Source: an uncultured Actinomycetes bacterium
GTDB lineage: Bacteria > Actinomycetota > UBA4738 > HRBIN12
Assembly: GCA_963792215.1 (NCBI GenBank)
Contig: CAWBVL010000007.1
Span: 855,710-919,709 of the forward strand
Length of the DNA stretch: 64,000 nt
Direction of reading: 5' to 3'
Shown here: positions 1-8,082 of the stretch, one piece after another
Layout of the letters: every line of letters begins with the position of its first letter
Position numbering within the stretch: the first letter of the stretch is position 1
Translations under genes and position numbers: made by a program
Notes under the pieces: model-generated
The model's input: only the letters and a program-made list of their open reading frames with translations
Database searches by the model: none
What the model was told of the DNA's origin: nothing

Positions 1-1082
1 GTCGCGACCTCGTCGTGCGGGGCCCGGGGGAGGACACGTACGGGGCGCTGCTCGGCGATGTGGTCGAGCGGTTCGGCTTCGACGCCGGCGCGCTGTTCGT
101 GAGCGTGCCCGAGGGCGGGCTGGACGAGCGGGTCGTCGTCGGCGCGCCCTCGGGATCGATCAGTCCGTCGTGGAACCCGGCGGACCCGGGGCGCGCGCCA
201 GAACGGCTGCCGCTGTCGGTGGGGAACCGCACGCTGGGCCTGGTGGTGCTGACCGGCTCGCGTGAAGCGCTCGACCCGGCCGAGACCCGGGTCCTGCGGG
301 CCGTGTGCGACCAGCTCGCGCTCGTGTTGGAGCGCGACCGGCTCTTGCGCACCGCCACCGATGCCGAGATCCTGCGGCAGACCGAGACGGCCCGACGGAC
401 GATGCTCGCGGCGGTCTCGCACGATCTGCGGAGCCCCCTCGCGGCGATCAAGGCATCGGTGACCGATCTGCTCGACACTGAGGTCCAGCGTTCGGCAGCG
501 GATCGTGATGCCGTCCTCCGCGTCGTCGACCGCGAGGCCGACCGGCTCGATGCGCTCGTCGCGAACCTGCTCGACCTCTCGCGGATCGAGGCGGGCGTGG
601 TCCAGGCCAATCTCGAACACGTCGACCTCGCCGAGGCGGTGACCGCCGAGGTCGACGCTGCATCCATGCGGTGGCCGGATGTCACGATCGCGATGGCGAT
701 CGACGACGGCCATGAGGTTGTGATCGCCGATCCGGTGTTCGTCCCCCGGGTGGTGTCCAACCTGTTGGACAACGCCGCGCGTGCCGCGACGGCCGCCGCC
801 AAGCCCTCGGTCGAGATCGAGATCGGCCCCACGTCCCACGGGAAGCGCAACGCGCAGGTGGCCGTCAAGATCGTCGACCACGGGGCGGGGCTCACGACGA
901 TGGAGCGGACCCAGCTGTTCCTGCCGTTCGCCCGGTTGGACGAGCGCACCACGAAGCTGGGCTCGGGTCTCGGTCTCGCGATCGCACGCGGATTCGTCGA
1001 CCTCATGGGCGGCGAGATCTGGCTGGAGGACACGCCGGGCGGCGGCGCGACCTTCGCCTTCTCGCTGCAGGAGGCGTCGTGA
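1..1082 (+). CDS. KdpD-like sensor histidine kinase (GAF–HisKA–HATPase C-terminal portion), 5'-truncated by window edge
   Basis: H-box 'AAVSHDLRSPLAAIKASV', HATPase motifs 'DNAARAA', 'DHGAGL', 'GSGLGLAIARGFV'. The ORF reaches the window start without an upstream TM segment, so the N-terminus probably lies outside the window. Stop overlaps the next gene's start (GTGA at 1079-1082). Confidence 0.8.
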   Translation, partial: RDLVVRGPGEDTYGALLGDVVERFGFDAGALFVSVPEGGLDERVVVGAPSGSISPSWNPADPGRAPERLPLSVGNRTLGLVVLTGSREALDPAETRVLRAVCDQLALVLERDRLLRTATDAEILRQTETARRTMLAAVSHDLRSPLAAIKASVTDLLDTEVQRSAADRDAVLRVVDREADRLDALVANLLDLSRIEAGVVQANLEHVDLAEAVTAEVDAASMRWPDVTIAMAIDDGHEVVIADPVFVPRVVSNLLDNAARAATAAAKPSVEIEIGPTSHGKRNAQVAVKIVDHGAGLTTMERTQLFLPFARLDERTTKLGSGLGLAIARGFVDLMGGEIWLEDTPGGGATFAFSLQEAS

Positions 1083-1777
1083 CCAAGATCTTGGTCGTTG
1101 ACGACGAGCCGCAGATCCGCGAGGCGATCGAGCGGTCGCTCGTCGCGCGCGGCTACACGGTGGAGCTGGCCGGCGACGGCGCCGTGGCGCTGGACCTCGC
1201 GGCCGCGGCGCCGCCCGACCTCGTCGTGCTCGACCTCAACATGCCGGTGCTCGACGGGCTCGAGTTCTGCCGGCGGATCCGCGCGTGGAGCAGCGTGCCG
1301 ATCATCGTGCTGTCGGTCCGTGACGAGGAGCCCGACAAGATCGCGGCGCTCGACCTCGGCGCGGACGACTACCTGACCAAACCGTTCGGAACCGGGGAGC
1401 TGCTCGCCCGGGTGCGTGCGCTGCTGCGGCGCGGCGAGGGCACGCCGGCTGAACGGCCGCCCGTCTATCAGCTCGACGGCGTCGCGATCGACATGCAGGC
1501 GCACCGCGTGACCCGCGGCAACGGCGACGTCCACCTGACCAAAACCGAGTGGGCCCTGCTCGAGGCGCTGACGGCGTACCCCGGCAAGCTGCTCACCCAC
1601 CGGTGGTTGCTCGAGCGCGTGTGGGGCGACACGTATGGCGAAGACGTCGAGGTGCTGCGGGTGTTCGTCAGCCAGCTCCGTCGCAAGATCGAGCCCGATC
1701 CGCGAAGGCCTCGCGCGATCGTGACGGAACCGGGCATCGGCTACCGCTGGAGCGAACAGCCGGTGGAGGGACGCTAG
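1079..1777 (+). CDS. OmpR/KdpE-family response regulator
   Basis: Receiver 'ILVVDDEPQIR…DLVVLDLNMP…LSVRDEEPDKIAALDLGADDYLTKPF' plus winged-helix C-terminus 'VFVSQLRRKIEPDP…IVTEPGIGYRW'. GTG start translationally coupled to the upstream kinase. Confidence 0.85.
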   Translation: MTKILVVDDEPQIREAIERSLVARGYTVELAGDGAVALDLAAAAPPDLVVLDLNMPVLDGLEFCRRIRAWSSVPIIVLSVRDEEPDKIAALDLGADDYLTKPFGTGELLARVRALLRRGEGTPAERPPVYQLDGVAIDMQAHRVTRGNGDVHLTKTEWALLEALTAYPGKLLTHRWLLERVWGDTYGEDVEVLRVFVSQLRRKIEPDPRRPRAIVTEPGIGYRWSEQPVEGR

Positions 1778-4254
1778 ACCGACGCCGGGAGCGGCGCGTC
1801 GTCGGGGTCGGCTGGGGGCGGCTGAACGCCGCGGACGTAGTACGGGATGTCCGCGACGTCGATATGCGCGTAGCGACCAAGCGAGCGCTCGATCTTCCGG
1901 CTGGTGCGGTCGTGCAGCAGCCGTTGGCGCAGCTGCGGATAATCGCGCCGGGGCATCACGACGGTGATCTCGGTGCCCTCGGACGCCATCCCGACGATGT
2001 AGCGCTCGATCGCCCGCGGCACGTCGCGGTCCCAGCACTCGATCACGTCCAGCGGCACCGGCGCGCGGAGCTCCGACCACCGGTTCGCGAGCTGGGTCGC
2101 TCGATCGGGGTCCGCGGCCGCGTGCACGGCGCGCACGGTCCGGGTCCCGAGCCCGAGCGCGTACGAGACGGCCTGGAGCGTCGCCCGGTCGAGCTTGTCG
2201 ACCAAGACGACTACATCGTGGGTCTGACGAGCGGTGAGCCGGACCACGGGCTTGCCGGCCTCATCGCGCTGCAAAGGATGGACGCCGTCGGGGTGGTCGC
2301 GGACCATCGTGACACGCACGTGGCCGTACGGCAGCAGCGCGCGGTGCAGGCGCGCGCCGGCGCGCCGGTCGGCGACGTGTTCGCGGAGTGACCGCTCGTG
2401 CGGCACGGGAACGATCACGATCGCGTCGCGGTCCTCGCGCTCGTATGCGGCGAGGAAGCCGGCGAGCCGCGCCGCCTGGTCGCCTCGGCCGCGCACGATC
2501 CGGAGCGGGATCGCATCGAGGCCCGCGGTCCGCCACGCGGCCTGCAGCGCTTCGGTTCGGGCGTGATCGTCCTCGACGTGCACGGCGATCGTCCGTTCCG
2601 ACCGGATCGTTCGCGCGTACTGCAGCGCATGCACGGTCTTGGGGTCGAGGTCCTCGACCAGCAGGATCGTGATCGGCGGCCGGTTCTGGGGCGGCGAGAA
2701 CGCCTTCAGGTCCCGCTCGAGCTCGCGCTTCTCGCGGTCGTACTGGTGGTTCATCCGGACCAGCAGGACCACCAAGACCGGCACGAGGATCAAGATGACC
2801 CAGGCTCCCTCGGCGAACTTGGTCCGGGCGACGATCGCGAGCACGACCCCGGTCGCGATCGCACCGACCCCGTTGATCGCCAGCCCGACGCGCCAGCCCT
2901 GTTCGCGCAGGCGCAGGTGGCGCTTCGCCATCCCGGCCTGCGACAGCGTGAACGACGTGAACACGCCGATCGCGTAGAACGGGATCAGCTTCGTGACATC
3001 CGCGTGGAAGGCGATCACGAGGACGATGGCTGCCGCCGACAGCGCCAAGATTCCGTTCGAGAACACCAGCCGGTGCCCGCGAGTCGTGAACTGCCGCGGC
3101 AGGAAGTCGTCGCCGGCGTGGAAGTTCGCCAGGCGCGGGAAGTCGGCGTAGGCGGTGTTCGCCGCCAGCACCAGGATCAACGCGGTCGCGATCTGCAGGA
3201 GCGCGAAGGCGGCGTGGCCGAGCGGGCTCGACCCGTAGACGGCGTGGCCGATGTCGGCGACGACCGTGGACCGTCCCGAGAAGTCGGGCCTGATCTGCAG
3301 CTTCGCAGCGAGCCAGGAGATCCCGAGGAACATCGTCGAGAGAAGGAGCCCGAGGGCGACGAGGGTCTGCCGCGCGTGCTTCCACTCGACCGGCCGGAAC
3401 GCGGGCACGCCGTTGGAGATCGCCTCGACGCCGGTCATCGCGGTGCTCCCGGAGGCGAGCGCGTGCAGCACGATGAACATCGGCACGAGGGCGAACGCCG
3501 ACATCGCACCTCCGCTGGTCGCGGGTGGTGGGACGACGATCGATCCCGTGGCCGCCCGCACCACGCCGACGATGATCAGCGACAAGATGCAGAAGATGAA
3601 CACGTAGGTCGGCGCGGCGAAGATCTTGCCCGACTCGCGGACGCCCCGGAGGTTGCCGTACGCGATCAGCACGATCGAGACGACCGCCATCTCGACGCGG
3701 AACGGCGCCGTCGCCGGGACGAGCGCGATGATCGCTGCCACACCCGCCGACACCGACACGGCGACGGTCAGCACGTAGTCGGTGAGCAGCGCCACGCCGG
3801 CGACCTGGGCGGGGATCAGACCGAAGTTGTCCTTCGTGACGATGTACGCGCCACCAGCCGACGGGTACGCCTTGATCGTCTGGCGATAGCTGAAGACGAG
3901 GATCGCGAGCACGGCGACGATCGCTGCCGACAAGGGCACGATCAGGGAGAACATCAGGATGCCAACGCCCGCGATCGCGAGCGTCTTCAGCATCTCTTCC
4001 GTCGCATACGCGACGGACGACAGCGCGTCGGAGCTGAAGATCGCGAGCGCGGCGATCTTGCCGAGGCGCTCGTGCACCAGGTGGGCGGTCGGGAGCGCCC
4101 GGCCGAGGATCGCCCGCTTGACCGCGTAACCGTTGCTGCGGGGGAGGGGTGGTCGCGAGCTCGGACGCGACGGCGAGGCGGTCGTCCCAGACCGGGCGGC
4201 CGCCGTCTTGGGCCCCGCGCCCTTCTCGGAGGAGGCTTCGTCGGTCTGCATCAC
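1774..4254 (-). CDS. KimA-like K+ transporter (APC superfamily, 12-TM core plus large cytoplasmic C-terminal domain)
   Basis: N-terminal motifs 'FSSDALSSVAYATEEML', 'FSYRQTIKAYPSAGGAYIVTKDN', 'LLTDYVLTVAVSVSAG', 'LTGVEAISNGVPAF' match B. subtilis KimA (YdaO) nearly position-for-position. A ~330-aa soluble C-terminal domain follows. Stop converges on the RR at 1777. Confidence 0.8.
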   Translation of the reverse strand: MMQTDEASSEKGAGPKTAAARSGTTASPSRPSSRPPLPRSNGYAVKRAILGRALPTAHLVHERLGKIAALAIFSSDALSSVAYATEEMLKTLAIAGVGILMFSLIVPLSAAIVAVLAILVFSYRQTIKAYPSAGGAYIVTKDNFGLIPAQVAGVALLTDYVLTVAVSVSAGVAAIIALVPATAPFRVEMAVVSIVLIAYGNLRGVRESGKIFAAPTYVFIFCILSLIIVGVVRAATGSIVVPPPATSGGAMSAFALVPMFIVLHALASGSTAMTGVEAISNGVPAFRPVEWKHARQTLVALGLLLSTMFLGISWLAAKLQIRPDFSGRSTVVADIGHAVYGSSPLGHAAFALLQIATALILVLAANTAYADFPRLANFHAGDDFLPRQFTTRGHRLVFSNGILALSAAAIVLVIAFHADVTKLIPFYAIGVFTSFTLSQAGMAKRHLRLREQGWRVGLAINGVGAIATGVVLAIVARTKFAEGAWVILILVPVLVVLLVRMNHQYDREKRELERDLKAFSPPQNRPPITILLVEDLDPKTVHALQYARTIRSERTIAVHVEDDHARTEALQAAWRTAGLDAIPLRIVRGRGDQAARLAGFLAAYEREDRDAIVIVPVPHERSLREHVADRRAGARLHRALLPYGHVRVTMVRDHPDGVHPLQRDEAGKPVVRLTARQTHDVVVLVDKLDRATLQAVSYALGLGTRTVRAVHAAADPDRATQLANRWSELRAPVPLDVIECWDRDVPRAIERYIVGMASEGTEITVVMPRRDYPQLRQRLLHDRTSRKIERSLGRYAHIDVADIPYYVRGVQPPPADPDDAPLPASV

Positions 4255-4310
4255 GTTCCACGGTAGGAACGCGGGATAAGGGATCCGTAAGGGCGACTAT
4301 CGTTGCGAGC

Positions 4311-5717
4311 GTGGATCGAACGGCGGTCGTCTCGGCCCGGGTACTGGGTGTTCGCCGGCCCTCGTGGAGCAACTGGGCCGCCTATCTCGTGGCGACCGTT
4401 GGCAGCATCGTGATCGCCGCCGTCATGGAGCCCTTCCGGGTCCAGCTGTCGCACACCCTGACGGCGTTCGCGTTCCTCGTCCCGGTCGTGGTGGCCTCAT
4501 GGCTCGGCGGCGTCATCCCCGGGATCGTCGCCGCGGTGGTCGGGTCCGCCCTCTACAACGTGGGGTTCCTGCCGCCCTATGGAACGTTCAACCTCGAGCG
4601 GACCGAATACGTCGTCGCCTTCCTCGCGTTCATCGCGATGTCGCTGTTGATCTCGTGGCTGGTCGGCGTCGCTCACGAGCGCGCGACCGCCGCCGAGGAT
4701 CGCGAGGCTGAAGTTCGGCTGCTCTTCGACCTGAGTCACGTGCTCGTGTCCGAGCGCGCGGAGGGGCTCACGCCGGCGCTCGGCCGCGCCGCGGAACGCC
4801 TGGGCTTCGTCCTTGCGTCGGTGCGTGACGAGACGGACCCGGCGGCGTCCTCTGCGACCGCGTTCCCGTTGCGTGTCGGACCCGCGCGCGTCGGCTCGCT
4901 CGTGTTCGTCGGCGACCGGCCGCCGCTGACCGCTGCAGAGACGCGCGTGGTGCGCACGTTCGCCGACGAGGTCGCGCTGGTGGTCCAGGCCGAGCGCTTG
5001 GAGCAAGAGCTGCGCGAAGCCGAGCTGTACAAGCGGACCGAGGACATGCGGCAGTCGCTCCTCGCGGCGGCGTCACACGAGCTGAAGAGCCCGATCGCCG
5101 CGATCACGGCGTCGGTTACCGACGTGCTCGACCGTGCGGCGTTCGACCGCGAGAGCGTTCGAGTGGTGCTCGAGGATGTGCGTGCCTCTGCCGGCCGGCT
5201 CGCGCAGCTGATCACGAACCTGTTGGACATGTCGCGGATCGAGTCGGGCACGCTCGTTGCCCACGACGACCTCGTCGACCTCGACGACCTCGTTGGTCCG
5301 GCCGTCGACGGCGTGCGCGAACGATGGCCCGGCGTCGAGATCGAGGTGCGCGTTGCCGACGACGCGGTGCGGATCCGTGGCGACGTGTTGTTCGTCGAGC
5401 GGGTCGTAACCAACCTCGTGGAGAACGCGGCACGGGCCGTGCGAGGCGCCGCGGACCGGCGGATCGAGCTCGGCGCAGAGCGGGCCGACGGCGTGGTCGT
5501 CGTCCAGGTGGTCGACCACGGGCCGGGGCTCGCGTTCGGCGACCAGCAGTTGCTCTTCACGCCGTTCTACAAGCTGCAGGAAGGATCGCCGCGCCTGTCG
5601 GCCGGCCTTGGCCTCGCGATCTGTAAGGGCTTCGTCGAGGCGATGGGAGGCGAGATCTGGGCGACCGACACGCCCGGCGGCGGCACGACCATGGGGTTCC
5701 GGCTCCGGGCGGCATGA
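4311..5717 (+). CDS. KdpD-like sensor histidine kinase (4-TM DUF4118-like segment, GAF, HisKA, HATPase) lacking the KdpD N-terminal/Usp domains
   Basis: TM block 'WAAYLVATVGSIVIAAV…LTAFAFLVPVVVASWLGGVIPGIVAAVVGSALYNVGF…YVVAFLAFIAMSLLISWLVGV', H-box 'AAASHELKSPIAAITASV', 'GLGLAICKGFVEAMGGEIW'. The six-frame ORF begins at 4149 but overlaps the divergent permease, so an in-frame GTG at 4311 is proposed; start uncertain. Confidence 0.75.
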   Translation: MDRTAVVSARVLGVRRPSWSNWAAYLVATVGSIVIAAVMEPFRVQLSHTLTAFAFLVPVVVASWLGGVIPGIVAAVVGSALYNVGFLPPYGTFNLERTEYVVAFLAFIAMSLLISWLVGVAHERATAAEDREAEVRLLFDLSHVLVSERAEGLTPALGRAAERLGFVLASVRDETDPAASSATAFPLRVGPARVGSLVFVGDRPPLTAAETRVVRTFADEVALVVQAERLEQELREAELYKRTEDMRQSLLAAASHELKSPIAAITASVTDVLDRAAFDRESVRVVLEDVRASAGRLAQLITNLLDMSRIESGTLVAHDDLVDLDDLVGPAVDGVRERWPGVEIEVRVADDAVRIRGDVLFVERVVTNLVENAARAVRGAADRRIELGAERADGVVVVQVVDHGPGLAFGDQQLLFTPFYKLQEGSPRLSAGLGLAICKGFVEAMGGEIWATDTPGGGTTMGFRLRAA

Positions 5718-6406
5718 GCGACCCGTTGATCCTGGTCGTCGACGATGAGCCGCAGATCCTCCGCGCCGTCGAGCGAACGCTGCTCGCGCGTGACTTCCGC
5801 GTCGAGGCTGCGACCGACGGCCGCGCGGCGATCGGCGCGGTCCGAGACCTCGAGCCCGATCTCGTGGTGCTGGACCTCAACCTGCCGCATGTCGACGGGC
5901 TCACCGCGTGCCGGGAGATCCGGCGGTTCAGCGGTGTGCCGATCCTCGTGCTGTCGGTTCGAGACGCCGAGCAGGACAAGGTGGCGGCGCTCGATCTCGG
6001 CGCCGACGACTACCTGACGAAGCCGTTCGGCGCGGCCGAGCTGCTCGCTCGCGTGCGCGCGCTGCTCCGCCGAGCCGCGCCCGAGCCGAGCGGCACGCGC
6101 TTCGCGGTCGAGGACATCACGATCGATCTGAGCGCGCGGTCGGTCCGCCGTGGCGACGACCAGGTGCACCTCACGCCGACCGAATGGCGGCTGCTCGAAG
6201 CGCTCGCGAGCGCGCCAGGCGTGCTCCGCACGCACGAGTGGTTGCTCGCCGAGGTGTGGGAGGGCGACGGCGTGCCCGATGTCGAGGCGCTTCGGGTGTT
6301 CGTCAGCCAGCTGCGCCGAAAGATCGAGCCGGATCCGCGGCATCCGCGCGCGATCGTCACCGAATCGAGGATCGGGTACCGCTGGCAGCTCGAGCCGACG
6401 GGCTAA
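5714..6406 (+). CDS. OmpR/KdpE-family response regulator
   Basis: 'LILVVDDEPQILRAV…DLVVLDLNLP…LSVRDAEQDKVAALDLGADDYLTKPF…VFVSQLRRKIEPDPRHPRAIVTESRIGYRW'. ATGA overlap with the upstream kinase. Confidence 0.85.
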   Translation: MSDPLILVVDDEPQILRAVERTLLARDFRVEAATDGRAAIGAVRDLEPDLVVLDLNLPHVDGLTACREIRRFSGVPILVLSVRDAEQDKVAALDLGADDYLTKPFGAAELLARVRALLRRAAPEPSGTRFAVEDITIDLSARSVRRGDDQVHLTPTEWRLLEALASAPGVLRTHEWLLAEVWEGDGVPDVEALRVFVSQLRRKIEPDPRHPRAIVTESRIGYRWQLEPTG

Positions 6407-6415
6407 GGCGCCGCG

Positions 6416-7081
6416 TCAGTCGCCGACGATCGCGGACTGAAGCGCCTGCTCGGTCCCCACGCCGGCGAGCGCCACGAGCTCGTCGCCCGTGCCGAGCACC
6501 GTCTCGGGTTGCGGGATGACGACGTGCGCGTCCCGCACGATCGCAACGATCGCCGCGTCGTTCGGCAGCCGCAACTCGTAGATCGGCCGTCCGACCGCCG
6601 GCGAGTCGGCGGCGAGCTTCATCTCCACGATCGAGATCTGCCCGCCCTCCAGGCGCAGCAGCTGCACGAGGTCGCCGGTGGTGACGGCTTCCTCGACCAT
6701 CGACGTGAGCATGTGCGGGGGCGAGACCGCCGTGTCGACGCCCCATTGATCGGTGAACAGCCACTCGTTCTTCGGATGGTTCACGCGCGCGAGCACGCGC
6801 GGCACCGCGAACTCCTGCTTGGCGAGCAGCGACGTCACGAGGTTGTCCTCGTCGTCGCCGGTTGCGGCGACCACGACGTCGGAGCGCGCGAGGTCCGCCT
6901 CTTCGAGCACCCACGGCTCGCACGCGTCGCCGAGCATGATGGTCACACCGGGGATCTCCACACGGAGGTCCTCGACTGTTTGCTTGTCCTGCTCGATCAG
7001 CGTGACCTCGTGGCCGCGCGTGGTGAGGTCGGCGGCCACGTGCCGCCCGATCGCGCCCCCGCCGGTGACGACGACCCGCAT
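6416..7081 (-). CDS. trkA: TrkA-family K+ uptake regulatory protein (NAD-binding RCK-N plus RCK-C), ceoC-like
   Basis: 'MRVVVTGGGAIGRHVAADL' Rossmann GxGxxG, then an RCK_C-like C-terminus. ATGA overlap with the upstream trkA paralog. Confidence 0.8.
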   Translation of the reverse strand: MRVVVTGGGAIGRHVAADLTTRGHEVTLIEQDKQTVEDLRVEIPGVTIMLGDACEPWVLEEADLARSDVVVAATGDDEDNLVTSLLAKQEFAVPRVLARVNHPKNEWLFTDQWGVDTAVSPPHMLTSMVEEAVTTGDLVQLLRLEGGQISIVEMKLAADSPAVGRPIYELRLPNDAAIVAIVRDAHVVIPQPETVLGTGDELVALAGVGTEQALQSAIVGD

Positions 7082-7740
7082 CAGTGGTGCTCCGCCGGCT
7101 CGAGTATGGCGTCGAGTTCGTCCATGTAGTCCTTACCCATCGTGACGATCAGAAAGTCTCCCTCTTGCAGGGTGCTGTCGCTCGCCGGGATGAAGCCCTT
7201 GCCGCCGCGCGACACGCCGGCGACGAGGATGTGCCCGTCGACGTTCAACGTCGAAACGGGCTTGCCGACCAAGTGGCTCGGCACCGGCACGCGCACGCGG
7301 AGCAGCTCGCCGCCGCCGAGGCTCTCGCGCACCTCCTTGCCGGTGTGCAACAGCATCAGCTGGAACTGCTTGACGCCCCAGGTGGTGGTCGCGACCGTCG
7401 GGATGTTCAGCTGCTCGTAGATCTCGGCGCGGCGCGGATCGAAGATGCGCGCGATCACCTTGGGCACGTGGTAGTGCTCGAGCGCGACGCGTGCCGACAC
7501 GATGTTGGAGTTGTCGCCGCTCGAGACCGCGATGAACGCGTCGGCCTCGCGGATGCCCGCTTCCTCGAGCACGTCGCGGTCGAACCCGAGCCCGACGATG
7601 GTTCGGGCTTGCTCGCCGGGCGGATACCGGTCGAACGCCGCGGCGCGCTTGTCGATCACGGTGACCTCGTGGCCCGCGTCGAGCAGTGCGTGCGAGAGCT
7701 CGGAGCCGACGCGTCCGCATCCCATGATCAGCACCCGCAT
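7081..7740 (-). CDS. trkA: TrkA-family K+ uptake regulatory protein, ceoB-like
   Basis: 'MRVLIMGCGRVGSELSHAL…VTVIDKR' Rossmann, and an RCK_C-like 'GKPVSTLNVDGHILVAGVSRGG'. The six-frame ORF extends to 8355, but a 219-aa product from the ATG at 7740 fits the family size. Confidence 0.8.
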   Translation of the reverse strand: MRVLIMGCGRVGSELSHALLDAGHEVTVIDKRAAAFDRYPPGEQARTIVGLGFDRDVLEEAGIREADAFIAVSSGDNSNIVSARVALEHYHVPKVIARIFDPRRAEIYEQLNIPTVATTTWGVKQFQLMLLHTGKEVRESLGGGELLRVRVPVPSHLVGKPVSTLNVDGHILVAGVSRGGKGFIPASDSTLQEGDFLIVTMGKDYMDELDAILEPAEHH

Positions 7741-8082
7741 GGCCGGGAAGCGTACCCGCGCGCGAACCGCCTGACAGCGCCAAGCGGATGGAGAGAGAGA
7801 ACGGAACGGACCCCAGATATGCCTGCGGGCCGACAGCTGGAGGGAGCTGCCGGCCCCGCAGACGGGCTCGGAGGAAAGTAGGTTCGTTGGTGCCCTGTCC
7901 CGCGTCGTCCGATGCCGGGGGTGACGGTCCGACACCAGGGTCAGCGAGACCCTTCTTTCCGTGGATAAGGGTCGGACTCCGCGCGTGAGTGCGGCGTGAA
8001 GGATGCCGAACACCGCGTGAAGAACCCGTGAACGACCCGGCGGCCATCCGGGCGCCAAGATCACGCTCGACCAGGCGGTAGC

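Noticed and set aside
4149-4310. Upstream portion of the 4149..5717 kinase ORF
   Set aside because: It overlaps the 5' coding region of the divergent kimA1 (start at 4254) and is Arg/Ser/Pro-rich with no TM or domain; the start was moved to the in-frame GTG at 4311.
2261-4372. 703-aa minus-strand and 622-aa plus-strand ORFs overlapping kimA1
   Set aside because: Alternative frames of the KimA-like gene; the Arg/Pro/Gly-rich composition is characteristic of out-of-frame GC-rich translation.
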